A stretch of DNA of 64,000 nucleotides. Origin: Oculatellaceae cyanobacterium bins.114. Its GTDB lineage: Bacteria; Cyanobacteriota; Cyanobacteriia; Elainellales; Elainellaceae. The position numbers and the translations under genes are program-made. The notes under the pieces are model-generated. The model did no database searches, was not told where the DNA came from, and was given only the letters and a program-made list of their open reading frames with translations. Numbering within the stretch: position 1 is the stretch's first letter; every line of letters starts with the position of its first letter. The stretch lies in the NCBI GenBank assembly GCA_033764315.1, contig JANRJA010000023.1, positions 1 to 64,000 on the forward strand, written 5' to 3'. Positions 28,412 to 38,669 of the stretch are shown here, one piece after another.

Positions 28412-28600
28412 TTACGACGAAGGAGAGGTAGTAGGAGTCGGCGACTCTAAAGGAGCGGTAGCAGGATCAGGTGCTCCTAAAGGCGACTCAACGGGTGCGT
28501 CTGCTGGAGACTCAACCGGAGTCGTACTTTCACCGCCACATGCTCCTACAACGGTGGCTAAACCTAGAATCAAAAACAGTCCCACGACTTGCTTGTTCAT
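28412..28600 (-). CDS. Small Pro/Ser/Thr-rich lipoprotein
   Basis: MNKQVVGLFLILGLATVVGA|C lipobox, AAGGA RBS. Confidence 0.7.
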   Translation of the reverse strand: MNKQVVGLFLILGLATVVGACGGESTTPVESPADAPVESPLGAPDPATAPLESPTPTTSPSS

Positions 28601-28809
28601 ATAATTCCTTTTGCAGACTGCAATAACGGTAGACATTGAATCAAGGCTCGACGATCAAAACACCCAGTACTTTTGCACCGAATACTTTGATGAATCACCC
28701 AATCCGTTTTATCGATCCGTCATCTGTCTCTACATCTGCAAAAAGGGAGAAGCAGGCGTTAGGACACAACCCACCCTTTGGTGTATTGTCCTGCTGTTTG
28801 TGATATGGA

Positions 28810-30195
28810 TTAGACCACAGCGGGTGTGTTTAGATTACTTTGAATCGTCTCCCGATATTGGCTCTTGGGCTTCACCCCCTTGAGTTGAGTCACCAGGGCT
28901 TTGTCCTTAAAGAACTGCACGGTTGGAGTTCCAGTTACTCCGGCAGACTCTGCAATTTCAGGATCTTCCTCAATGTCAATCTCAATGTAGTGAACCTGAC
29001 CATCAAACTCATCGATGACCTTGCTCAGCATAGGTTTGAGTGTGTGACACGGCCCACAGGTGGGAGAAGCATATTTCACCACAATCAGGCGATCGCTGTC
29101 GTGATACAGCTTCCGCAACGCATAACCGCCGACATGACGAGTTCGGTTGACATCAAACTCAGCTGCTTGTTCTTCTTCGGTCTTGTAGTGATGCTCTTCA
29201 GCGGGTTTCTCAGAATCAGCCGATTGGTGGAACTCCTGCGCCAATCCATTTACTGATAACCAGCGTTCTGCCAACATCGCTGCCATACAACCTGTTCCAG
29301 CAGCAGTAATCGCCTGACGAAACTCGTGGTCTTGCACATCGCCCGCTGCATACACGCCTTCAATGTTGGTTTCGACAGAACCTGGCTTAGTGACGATGTA
29401 ACCCACGTCATCTAACTCAATCTGTCCTTTAAATAGAGAAGTATTTGGTGTGTGCCCGATCGCATAAAACAGACCACGAACGTGCAACTCACTTTCTTCA
29501 TTGGTTTGCACATTCAAGAGTTTGACTCCTTTCATGTGCTCTGCTTCCCCAAACACATCCAGAATTGTCGTATTCCAGTGAACCGTAATTTTTGGATTGC
29601 TCAATACCCGATCTTGCATGGCTTTGCTAGCCCGCATCTTGTCGCCGCGCACCAGCAAATGCACATGAGAGCCATACTTAGTCAGATAGACTGCCTCTTC
29701 TGCGGCAGAGTCACCCCCACCAACTACAGCTAACTCGGCACTGCGGAAAATAGGGGTTGCACCATCGCAAATCGCGCAAGCAGAAATACCCCGGCTCCAA
29801 AATTGCAGCTCACAAGGCAAGCCTAACCGTTTTGCGGTTGCACCTGTGGCAATGATGACGCTGTTGGCTCTGACCTCACGCTCCTCAGAACGAATCACAA
29901 ATGGACGCTGGCTGAAATCAACATGGGTAACGTCTTCAGTCACCAACTCTGCACCCCAGCGAATCGCTTGTGCCTTCATGTTATCCATCAGGTTAGGACC
30001 AGTGATGCCACCTGGAAAGCCTGGAAAGTTTTCGACTTCGGTCGTGGTCATGAGCTGTCCACCCGGTAGCCCTCCAGCTTGAAACCCTTCAAAAACAAAT
30101 GGTTTTAAGTTTGCCCGTGCGGCATAAATGGCGGCAGTGTAACCAGCCGGACCCGAACCAATAATAACGACGTTTTCAACGGTTGGGTTTGTCAT
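28810..30195 (-). CDS. trxB: NADPH-thioredoxin reductase C (TrxB-thioredoxin fusion, NTRC)
   Basis: [24 protein letters not shown], plus a C-terminal thioredoxin domain with CGPC. Confidence 0.95.
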   Translation of the reverse strand: MTNPTVENVVIIGSGPAGYTAAIYAARANLKPFVFEGFQAGGLPGGQLMTTTEVENFPGFPGGITGPNLMDNMKAQAIRWGAELVTEDVTHVDFSQRPFVIRSEEREVRANSVIIATGATAKRLGLPCELQFWSRGISACAICDGATPIFRSAELAVVGGGDSAAEEAVYLTKYGSHVHLLVRGDKMRASKAMQDRVLSNPKITVHWNTTILDVFGEAEHMKGVKLLNVQTNEESELHVRGLFYAIGHTPNTSLFKGQIELDDVGYIVTKPGSVETNIEGVYAAGDVQDHEFRQAITAAGTGCMAAMLAERWLSVNGLAQEFHQSADSEKPAEEHHYKTEEEQAAEFDVNRTRHVGGYALRKLYHDSDRLIVVKYASPTCGPCHTLKPMLSKVIDEFDGQVHYIEIDIEEDPEIAESAGVTGTPTVQFFKDKALVTQLKGVKPKSQYRETIQSNLNTPAVV

Positions 30196-30303
30196 AGGTT
30201 TACTTAGATGAACTCATAACGACTACGCTTAATTGAGTATAACGTGCCTCATGGAGAAAAGTAAACCTTTATTTCCGGTCGCGTCTCTTCTATCGCTGCA
30301 AAC

Positions 30304-30337
30304 AAAAATTCCCTCGTCACAATGACAAGGGATTTTT
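30304..30337 (-). terminator. Intrinsic terminator after 6S RNA
   Basis: AAAAATTCCCT.GTCA-caa-TGAC.AGGGATTTTT hairpin. Confidence 0.7.
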
Positions 30338-30350
30338 GGAAAATTAATGA

Positions 30351-30534
30351 GTTCCCCACAACGCCGTCTTACCTCAGCTTTTGACCTGGATGAATCCAGG
30401 TGGGGTTCTTGGCTTCAGTTTGAAGTTTCTGGGTACATGCCCAGTCTACTGCCACTGAAACAATCTTGCGCCCCGTATGAGTAGAGTTGTAGATCATAAA
30501 ACATTATTGGCAGTCACCAACGCCGCAGTAGAAC
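30351..30534 (-). ncRNA. ssrS: 6S RNA (cyanobacterial SsaA/SsrS)
   Basis: ~184 nt with complementary ends (GTTCTACTGCGGCGTT ... GACGGCGTTGTGGGGAAC) and internal AAGCCAAGAACCCCACCTGG...CCAGG...GCTGAGGTAAGACGGC recalled as cyanobacterial 6S; -10 TACAAT at 30543-30548; terminator downstream. Confidence 0.88.
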
Positions 30535-30620
30535 CTTTCCCTATTGTAGCTAATGATAAGAGAGCGACAAGGGTAGAGAGTCAAAATCACTCTTGCAGGT
30601 GATCTATCTTGGCTTTTGTT

Positions 30621-32396
30621 TTAAAACGGGGGATGCTTTAGCAGACTCGATCGCGGCGTCATCCCGGTTTTTTGCATCTGCGATTCCAAGATGAAGGCAT
30701 ACAACGAGCTGGTATGCATCAGTTGATCGTGGGTGCCGTGAGCAACGAGTTTGCCCTGATCCATTAAAAAGATGCGATCGGCGTTTTTGATCGTGCTGAT
30801 GCGTTGAGCGATGACAAAGCTGGTGCAGTTTTTGTGGCGCATCAGGTCATCTAAAGCATTGTGGATCTGGCTAGCCGTTTTGGCATCGACGGCGGAGGTG
30901 CTGTCATCCAAGATCAAAATGCGGTAGTCGGTGAGGAGAGTTCGGGCGATCGCCACCCGTTGTTTTTGACCCCCCGATAAGCCAACCCCTCGTTCTCCCA
31001 CAATGGTGTTGTAGCCCTCTGGCAAACTCTCGATAAACTCATGAATTTGAGCGGTTTTGGCGACTGCGATAATTTCCTCTAAGGAGGCGTTAGATTTGGC
31101 GTAGGCGATGTTGTCGCGCAGGGTGCCAGAAAACAGGGTCGTTTCTTGAAAAACGATGCCAATTTGCGATCGCAAACTTTCGAGTTGCAGATCTCTCACA
31201 TCGACTCCATCAATTCGTATAGATCCCTTAGTAACGTCATAAAACCGGGGGATCAGGTTCATAATCGTGCTTTTGCCCGATCCGGTGATTCCCAGTACGG
31301 CAATCAGTTCTCTCGGACGAGTTTCAAAGGAAATGCCATTCAGTGCCTCAGTCGTTGCACCGGGATAGCGGAAGTGGACGTTTTCAAAGGTGATGCGTCC
31401 AATGCATTGAGTTAGGGGAATGGCGTTGGGGCGATCGCGAATTTCGATTTGAGCATCCACCACTTCATAGACCCGATCGGCAGATGCTGCCGCTTGAGCA
31501 ATGACGGGGGCGGCAAATCCCACTAGCAAAATGGGTTGCAAAATTAGCAGCAAGTAGGAATTAAACGCCACTAACTCGCCAATGGTGAAGCTGCCCTCAA
31601 TCACCTGAAATCCGCCATAGGCAATGACGGCAACCCCAATTAAGTTGCTCAACAAAAAGATGTAGGGAAAGGTATTGCGAATGGCTTGAATCGTTCGCAT
31701 ATTGACCCGAATCAATTCATCGTTGAGATCGGTATAGCGAGACATCTCAGCGGACTCTCGGACGAATGCCTTGACCACCCGAACGCCCATCAGGTTTTCT
31801 TGCAACACAGCATTGAGATCCCCTAATCGTTCTTGAGCCAGGGCAAAGGTGGTTTGATTTTTAGTTAAAAAGCGTGCCAGGATAAAGCCTGCCAATGGAA
31901 TCACGGCTAACGTGACCAGTGCCAATCGCCAGTTCATGATGATCAAAATCACCGCCGTTGTGACGAGTGTGACCACAGAACTAACCACCTGAATTAAGCT
32001 TGTGCCAATCAAGGTGCGGATCTGCTCAACATCACTGGTGATGCGAGTTAGCAGTTGCGAGGTTTGAGCTTGATCATGGTAGCTAAAGCTGAGATTTTGA
32101 ATCTTTTTAAAGATCTTGTTGCGTAGATCGTAGGCAATGTTTTGCGAAAGCTGTTCTGCCCAAAAGCTTTGCCCAAAGTTAAAAATGCCGCGTCCGATCG
32201 CCACCACTACCATTGCGATCGCACTATAAAACACCACATGCAGATTTTTCTGAGATATTCCCTGGTCAATGCCCCAGCGAAACAGTTGCGGGGTAATGGC
32301 GTTGGCAGCGGTTAATAACAAGAGGCTTGCGATCGCCCCGGTGACGATAAGCCAGTAAACTTTGAGGCTGACTAAAACCCGGTTGAGCGATCGCAT
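30621..32396 (-). CDS. ABC exporter, fused permease/ATPase (MsbA/MdlA-like)
   Basis: Six-TM N-terminal half; GITGSGKS; LSGGQKQR; ILILDDSTS (degenerate catalytic E and H positions). Confidence 0.93.
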   Translation of the reverse strand: MRSLNRVLVSLKVYWLIVTGAIASLLLLTAANAITPQLFRWGIDQGISQKNLHVVFYSAIAMVVVAIGRGIFNFGQSFWAEQLSQNIAYDLRNKIFKKIQNLSFSYHDQAQTSQLLTRITSDVEQIRTLIGTSLIQVVSSVVTLVTTAVILIIMNWRLALVTLAVIPLAGFILARFLTKNQTTFALAQERLGDLNAVLQENLMGVRVVKAFVRESAEMSRYTDLNDELIRVNMRTIQAIRNTFPYIFLLSNLIGVAVIAYGGFQVIEGSFTIGELVAFNSYLLLILQPILLVGFAAPVIAQAAASADRVYEVVDAQIEIRDRPNAIPLTQCIGRITFENVHFRYPGATTEALNGISFETRPRELIAVLGITGSGKSTIMNLIPRFYDVTKGSIRIDGVDVRDLQLESLRSQIGIVFQETTLFSGTLRDNIAYAKSNASLEEIIAVAKTAQIHEFIESLPEGYNTIVGERGVGLSGGQKQRVAIARTLLTDYRILILDDSTSAVDAKTASQIHNALDDLMRHKNCTSFVIAQRISTIKNADRIFLMDQGKLVAHGTHDQLMHTSSLYAFILESQMQKTGMTPRSSLLKHPPF

Positions 32397-32606
32397 GAGA
32401 AATTTCGCAGTGAGCTACAGACACTAGCTTATCTGCTGACCGCTCTCTCAAGCGGGATAAATCCTGAACTTCTAGGATGAAAATGCTTCAAAAATGTAGA
32501 ATTTCTGTCTTTTGAGGGAGATAGCTGGCGGCTCAAAGTAGCAGAAACTAATAAAACCACGCGTTCGATAACTGCTGTTTGATGACGATACTTTGAGGTA
32601 AAGCAG

Positions 32607-32861
32607 ATGGTGAAGTTGTGGGTTTTTCTACTGATTGTTGGAATTGTGTGGATTTTTGGAACACTTCCCTGGATTCTGATTGGGGATTATTTATGTTCCC
32701 ATGAACCCCCATTAGCTTGCCCCGATCCATCTCAGTTTTGGCAACAAGTAGGGGCAGTAATCGCGGTTGATGTCATGTTTATTGGACTGTGTGGATGGGC
32801 AATCTATCGGCTCAAACAATTGCATCGACTAGATCGACCAAAACGGCAACGACGGGCTTGA
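32607..32861 (+). CDS. Small hypothetical two-TM membrane protein
   Basis: Two hydrophobic helices, basic tail, GAGG RBS, hairpin terminator at ~32905-32950. Confidence 0.5.
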   Translation: MVKLWVFLLIVGIVWIFGTLPWILIGDYLCSHEPPLACPDPSQFWQQVGAVIAVDVMFIGLCGWAIYRLKQLHRLDRPKRQRRA

Positions 32862-33027
32862 GGGTTTGATTTCAAGTTCACTTAATAACACGAGTTCAAA
32901 AATGAAAGGGGAGTCAGGACACGTATAGATCAATCCTGATCCCCTTTTTAAACCCGATTTCAAGAAGTAATGAAGTCCGTTAATGACGGTGTCTTCACAG
33001 GAACGTAACGAGTGACCGAGCAATAAA

Positions 33028-33363
33028 CTAAGCGATCGCGGCTTCAGCTGCTGCACGGTTTTCAAACATTTCAAATACACGATCTAACTGAGTCAGTTCA
33101 AAAATGATGCGGATGCGGGAAGAAACGCCGCAAATCATCAGCCGCTTATTTAATTGTTGAGCTTGAGTTAGGGCGGCTACTAATGCAACCAGACCAGCAC
33201 TGTCCATCGACTCTACAGTATTCATGTCTACCACAATGTTAGAGACTGATTGAGTCGTAATGCCTGCTAACAGTTGTTGGCGGAATTCATCAGCGTTTGC
33301 TGCATTGATATGACCAGAAGGTTGGATAGCAGCGATTTGAGGACGGGCGAGAAGGGTTTGCAT
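33028..33363 (-). CDS. STAS-domain anti-sigma factor antagonist
   Basis: VVDMNTVESMDSAGLVAL, IIFELTQLDRVF. Confidence 0.92.
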   Translation of the reverse strand: MQTLLARPQIAAIQPSGHINAANADEFRQQLLAGITTQSVSNIVVDMNTVESMDSAGLVALVAALTQAQQLNKRLMICGVSSRIRIIFELTQLDRVFEMFENRAAAEAAIA

Positions 33364-33721
33364 AGGTTCGTTCCGTTTGACTTCAAGAATTAAAAGCAAT
33401 GAATCATTGCCTGATGTCTACGACGATATCCGCAATTCTCTGGAAGGGCTACTCATCTTAGGTAGATTGACTGAATCTTCAACTTGGGATTAGGGATATA
33501 AAGTTTTGGCTAAGTAATAGCACGGAGATGGTAGCCCTTGATGCATTTTGACTAGAGGGCGGCCCATTTATGGGACATTACAAGGCTGTGTGGGATGAAA
33601 GGTCATGTGACATTAAAGGCGATCGTTGATCTCAGCTTTTCTGCAAACCTCTGTGGCATCTCTGAAAAATCAGAGATTGATGTGGGCAAACTATCAAAAC
33701 CAATCTTGGTCAAGGGTAAAT

Positions 33722-33739
33722 AGTACTGAATTCAGTACT
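33722..33739. promoter_or_regulatory. Perfect 18-bp palindrome, candidate operator
   Basis: AGTACTGAA|TTCAGTACT in a divergent intergenic region. Confidence 0.4.
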
Positions 33740-33765
33740 GTCTAAGCTTTGTAAAGAGGGTTAAG

Positions 33766-33800
33766 GGTCACTGGTCACTGGTCATTGGTCGTTGGTCATT
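33766..33800. repeat. Heptamer tandem repeat GGTCAYT (STRR-like)
   Basis: 5 units: GGTCACT GGTCACT GGTCATT GGTCGTT GGTCATT. Confidence 0.85.
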
Positions 33801-34135
33801 AATCGGGCGCATCTACTAGTTGGGGGACTGAACTTGGTGAATGAATTCACGGCTATTGGGACGAATGAGGGTTTTTGAACCTGCGGAGGCGGTTTTTGTT
33901 CTGATAGGTGCGGTTTCAACCGCCACTCCCCCGACCGTCAAATGCACCCGCATTAACCTCATCTGCGACTATTCCAGATGCCTATCTGACGAGGTCATCA
34001 GACTCCTTTAAGGCCGTTGCAACCAAAAACCGGAGAGCTATTTTAAGTCGCTTTATCTCTTCTACATCTCCTGATCAGTGCTTGCACCCCTGGTAATTCT
34101 GTACTCACTTCTTCTCATTGAGTTCTCATTTAAAT

Positions 34136-35020
34136 ATGGCTATCTCTAAACCTTCCACGCCCAACACAATGGGGCGGCGATCGTTCCTGTTTTTAAGTGG
34201 AGCGGCGTTTGTGACAGGGCTGTCATCGCTTGCCCCTTCAGCGATCGCCCAATCAGTGCAACTCCGACGCAGTACAGTGGCTGGTGTTCCCCTTTATCAA
34301 ACGGTGATTGACCTATCAGACCCCCCCACCTTTTTGGCGGTCGGGCTTGCCAACAACCCCAGCTTAAGTAACCCATATGGGGCTAATGGGGACGAATCGT
34401 TTGGTCAAATGGTGTCTCGTTATCACGCAGCGATCGTCACGAGTGGCACCTTTTTTAGTCTGGATGCTGAACGGCGCATTATGGGTAATTTGGTGTCAGG
34501 GGGAGAGTTTTTGCGATATAGCCCCAATGAAAACTATGGGACGACACTAGGATTGCGTGCTGGCAATCGCCCCGAACTGACGACAGCACGAGTTGATGGT
34601 AGACCCAGTTGGCATCAGCACTGGTTTTCTATCACAGGTGGCCCTCGTCTTTTAAGGAATGGCCGTGTTTGGCTGGCTCCTCGCACCGAAGGATTTCGCG
34701 ATCCTCGGATTTTTGGAATTGCGGCTCGCTCAGCAATCGGCTTTCCTGCTAGTGGCAAAAAATTGATTTTGGTGACATTTTTGCGAAATCTGTCTCTGTC
34801 ACAAGAAGCCCATGTCATGCGGGCGATCGGCTGTAGTGAAGCCATGAATTTGGATGGCGGCTCATCCTCTGCTTTGGCATACCAAGGCAGAATTTTGATG
34901 CAACCAGGACGAGAACTCACCAATGTCATCGTGGCCTATGATGCCCGACATCCTGCTCCCCATTTTTTGCGAGATTCCTGGTATCGTTTTCAATCGGGCG
35001 ATCGCCCAAGCCAAGGGTGA
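34136..35020 (+). CDS. Phosphodiester glycosidase (NAGPA/DUF2233) family protein with Tat signal
   Basis: GRRSFLFL twin-Arg signal, SGTFFS, GGPRLLRNG, ARSAIG, AMNLDGGSS. Confidence 0.88.
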   Translation: MAISKPSTPNTMGRRSFLFLSGAAFVTGLSSLAPSAIAQSVQLRRSTVAGVPLYQTVIDLSDPPTFLAVGLANNPSLSNPYGANGDESFGQMVSRYHAAIVTSGTFFSLDAERRIMGNLVSGGEFLRYSPNENYGTTLGLRAGNRPELTTARVDGRPSWHQHWFSITGGPRLLRNGRVWLAPRTEGFRDPRIFGIAARSAIGFPASGKKLILVTFLRNLSLSQEAHVMRAIGCSEAMNLDGGSSSALAYQGRILMQPGRELTNVIVAYDARHPAPHFLRDSWYRFQSGDRPSQG

Positions 35021-35077
35021 AGAGCAAAAAAAGAAATCAGGATCAAGAATGAAAAGAAAATAAGGGTAAAGGGTGAA

Positions 35078-35121
35078 ACCAATGACCAGTGACCAGTGAC
35101 CAATGACCAGTGACCAATGAC
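35078..35121. repeat. Heptamer tandem repeat ACCARTG within the loop of an 18-bp inverted repeat
   Basis: 6 units, flanked by AAGGGTAAAGGGTGAAAC and GTTTTCCCCTTTACCCTT. Confidence 0.85.
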
Positions 35122-35145
35122 GTTTTCCCCTTTACCCTTCTCGGC

Positions 35146-37176
35146 TTATTTGCTGTTTTGAGCCAATACCCGTTCCATCACCTTATCGGGCACTTCTTGC
35201 AAGTGGTCAAACTGCCAGTCAAAGAAGCCAACCCCCATCGTCAGCGATCGCAACTCAACAATTAATGTGTGCATTTCGGCTTGTGGTAGATGGGATAGAA
35301 CCTGATCCCAGCCCTGCCAGTTAGGTTTGCTGTCATAGCCCAGAATCTGCCCTCGTCTTCCACTTACAAGCCGCAAGACTTTAGAGGTAAAGTCAGTCGG
35401 CACATTAATCGTGATTGCCACAATCGGTTCTAGCAAGGTGGGTTCACATTTCCGCATGCCTTCTTGCATAGCCAGTCGAGCCGCTTGTTTAAAGGCTTGC
35501 TCTGAGCTGTCAACACTGTGATACGACCCGTTGGTCAGGGTGACAGACACATCCACCACCGGGAAGCCGAGCGGACCATGCCCTAACGATTCCCGCACAC
35601 CCATCTCAACTCCAGGAATGTATTGCTTGGGGACGACTCCACCCACAATCGTTTCTTGAAATGTGAAGCCTTTACCCCGTGGCAGCGGTTTAATTTCGAG
35701 GTAGACATCTCCAAACTGCCCGTGTCCTCCAGTTTGATGTTTGTAGCGTCCGTGCACAGTTGCTGATGATTTGCGAATCGTTTCTTTGTAAGGCACTTGG
35801 GGCAGATGAGTCGTCATCGGCAGATTATACTTACGCCGCAAGCGATCGAGTGCCACCTGTAGGTGAATGTCGCCCTGTCCCCACAAAATCACCTCATGGG
35901 TATCGCCATGCTGTTCCCAAAAGAGTGATGGGTCTTCTTCTATCAACTTGTTAATTGCGCCGCTCAGTTTCACCTCATCACTGCGCTTTTCAGCGGCGAT
36001 CGCCAACGCATAAACTGGGTTCAGATGTTCCGCCTTGGGCAACAGATTCACCAACTGAGGATCAGAATTGAGGGTATCCCCGGTTTTAACGCCTTCCAAC
36101 CGTCCCAAGGCAACGATGCTACCCGCTGGAGCTTGGGGCACGCTTTGTTGTTGCGATCCAGTGAGTTGATAAACACCGCCCACTCGAACCCCATTTAACA
36201 CAGCCCCGTCGGTCAAAACGCCTTGCCAAATTCGCACTAGCGAGAGCTTGCCTCCTTGAGGGGTGAAGTAGGTTTTGAGCACTTGTGCCAAGGGAGTCTG
36301 CCCATTTCCTGGCGTAATACCCCGTCGTTCAGCGGTAGAGTCTGACTCTGGTGCTTCTCGCAACAGGGCATCTAATAGAGGACGAACGCCAAAATCTTGC
36401 TCAGCAACCCCAATAAACACAGGCACAATCAAATCTGCGCCGAGTTCCATCTTGAGATCTTGCAAAATTTCATCTTCTGAAGGGTTAATTTCCTCTAACA
36501 GTTCTTCCAGCAGATGGTCATCAAAATCTGCCAATGTTTCTAACATTTCCAAGCGGGCTGCCTGCTCTTGGTCTTCTAAATCGGCAGGTAGGGGAATCGG
36601 GTCAGCAGGTGCTCCAGGATGGTATTTATAAGCTTGTTCGGTGACGAGGTCAATAAACCCTTTAAGATGCTCACCTTGTCCGATGGGATATTGATGCAGC
36701 ACGAGGGGACGGCTAGAGACTCCCTTTAATGCCTGGAGGATCTCAGCAATATTGCCCTGTGCCCGATCCATTTTATTAATAAAAACTAAATGGGGGATTT
36801 CCCATTTGTCGAGAAACTGGAGCAACGGAGCCAACGTCATGACGCGATTGGCATCTGGCTCACACACGACGATCGCCGCATCTACACCTACCAGAGCATT
36901 GTAGGTTTCTTGGACAAACTCAACTGAACCGGGACAATCGAGAAACGTAAAATGAATGCCGCCATAATCGGTACTGGCGGCATTCAACTCAACACTCATT
37001 TGGCGATCGCGGGCTTCAGTCGAACTATCACCCACGGCATTGCGGTCAGTCACTTTTCCTTTACGAGAAATGGCTCCAGTGACAAACAAAAGGCTCTCTA
37101 ACAAGGTTGTTTTGCCACTTAAATACGGTCCCACGATCGCCACATTTCGTGAGCCGGAAAGCACGTTTACACTCAT
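35146..37176 (-). CDS. Elongation factor G-like paralogue (EF-G2 type)
   Basis: GPYLSGKTT, DCPG, NKMD, VPYKETI, HQTGGHGQFGDV, HSVDSSEQAF; G1/G2 motifs diverge from canonical FusA. Confidence 0.92.
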   Translation of the reverse strand: MSVNVLSGSRNVAIVGPYLSGKTTLLESLLFVTGAISRKGKVTDRNAVGDSSTEARDRQMSVELNAASTDYGGIHFTFLDCPGSVEFVQETYNALVGVDAAIVVCEPDANRVMTLAPLLQFLDKWEIPHLVFINKMDRAQGNIAEILQALKGVSSRPLVLHQYPIGQGEHLKGFIDLVTEQAYKYHPGAPADPIPLPADLEDQEQAARLEMLETLADFDDHLLEELLEEINPSEDEILQDLKMELGADLIVPVFIGVAEQDFGVRPLLDALLREAPESDSTAERRGITPGNGQTPLAQVLKTYFTPQGGKLSLVRIWQGVLTDGAVLNGVRVGGVYQLTGSQQQSVPQAPAGSIVALGRLEGVKTGDTLNSDPQLVNLLPKAEHLNPVYALAIAAEKRSDEVKLSGAINKLIEEDPSLFWEQHGDTHEVILWGQGDIHLQVALDRLRRKYNLPMTTHLPQVPYKETIRKSSATVHGRYKHQTGGHGQFGDVYLEIKPLPRGKGFTFQETIVGGVVPKQYIPGVEMGVRESLGHGPLGFPVVDVSVTLTNGSYHSVDSSEQAFKQAARLAMQEGMRKCEPTLLEPIVAITINVPTDFTSKVLRLVSGRRGQILGYDSKPNWQGWDQVLSHLPQAEMHTLIVELRSLTMGVGFFDWQFDHLQEVPDKVMERVLAQNSK

Positions 37177-37602
37177 AAAAACCTCACTTGACTGATAAGA
37201 AATTGCAGCAAAGGTGAAACCATTGACCGTCAACAGCCCACCCTTAAATCAGGAGGTTCAGCAATCAACAGATGAGTTAAAAATAGAGAGATTGGCTACA
37301 GCTTGCTCTCCCACATGATTGGGAGCCAGGGTAAAGAGCCAAAGGGATAAGATGCTGATAGCTGAAGGATTAGATGAAGCGTTCCTAACTACTAAACCAG
37401 CCAAACAATGAAGATAATTTTGATTGAGAGTTGATGAGCTAACGTTGAATCGTGTATCGAGGAATGAAGCGTTAGCAACTTGACTGGCTTAATTTCAGAT
37501 TACCGTGTTCTTAACCTGATTCAAGGCTCTAGTTAGGAAAATTTATGTCACGAAATGATTGCAACTTACTGTTACAGTTCGCAATGGTTTTGTAGACGAT
37601 TT

Positions 37603-38373
37603 TTATACTGTTGCGACTCGTCCTGTTTTAATCCAATACGCCCAATCTTCTCGACCTTGTTTTTGGGCTTGCTCTACAGCCAGATGCACCTCATAGGGAA
37701 CTTTCAACAAGTCCACTTGCCATGTGTCACCTTGTTTTTCAAGTACTGCGTAGGACGCCAATGGCGAATAGTTTTGCATGGCGTGATAAGTAGGAACATC
37801 GTCGTCGTAAGCAGGAACGCCTACACTGCCCGGATTGACAATCAGTTGCCCTGACGCGAGTTGAACAACCCGTGGAATGTGGCTGTGCCCACACAGAACA
37901 ACGGGTTGTTGAATACCCTCTAAATACTGGAGGATGGCGGTTTCGGCTCTAACAGTGGGCAATCCACTAGAAACGTCTTCCAGGAGGTAAATCAGATCAT
38001 GGGTAGGAATGCCATGACAGGCAAAAATGGCTTCGGCAATGACGGTTGTTTTCGGTAAAGACTTTAACCACTGAACTGGCTCGTTGCCCAATTCATTGAG
38101 CATAAAGGTCAGGGTTGGATGGGTCTTTCCTTGAGTTGGATCAAACTCATACACCTCCCGATCCTCATTGCCCTGAATAGTGATGGCATCGATTGTTTGC
38201 AGGAGGGTGTAGGTTTCTAGAGGTTTCAAGGGGCCATACAAGATATCACCCAGATTTACAAATTGGGTGATTCCCCGACGTTTTGCATCTTCAAGCACTG
38301 CTGCCAATGCCCACACATTGCCATGAATGTCTGATAAGATTGCAAATTTCAAAAGAGCTGCCTCCCTTGCCAA
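37603..38373 (-). CDS. Metallophosphoesterase (YfcE/calcineurin-like) family protein
   Basis: SDIHGN, LGD, GNED, CHG, GHSH, NPGSVG. Start codon uncertain. Confidence 0.9.
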   Translation of the reverse strand: MAREAALLKFAILSDIHGNVWALAAVLEDAKRRGITQFVNLGDILYGPLKPLETYTLLQTIDAITIQGNEDREVYEFDPTQGKTHPTLTFMLNELGNEPVQWLKSLPKTTVIAEAIFACHGIPTHDLIYLLEDVSSGLPTVRAETAILQYLEGIQQPVVLCGHSHIPRVVQLASGQLIVNPGSVGVPAYDDDVPTYHAMQNYSPLASYAVLEKQGDTWQVDLLKVPYEVHLAVEQAQKQGREDWAYWIKTGRVATV

Positions 38374-38669
38374 TGGGCTGATATCTGTTAAGCCCTAATC
38401 TAACGTCAGTTTCGTTTATAGAGTCTAGCGAATGAAGTCGCGCCTATCAAAGCGAAGTCTGCGGTTTCAGCCGCCAAAATCCTGATGCCAAATTCGCGTT
38501 AATCTACTTGAAATACCAAGTTGTAGAGCAGTTGTGGAGCGCGATCGCTCTCATGTCAGTACTTGATAACACACAAATTGAGTGATCCCCTTGTAAATAC
38601 CCCAAGTGGGTACTTCTTGTGGACTGAATCCACCAGTAAAATTCTCTCGTGTGAGAATTAAGGGCAACT

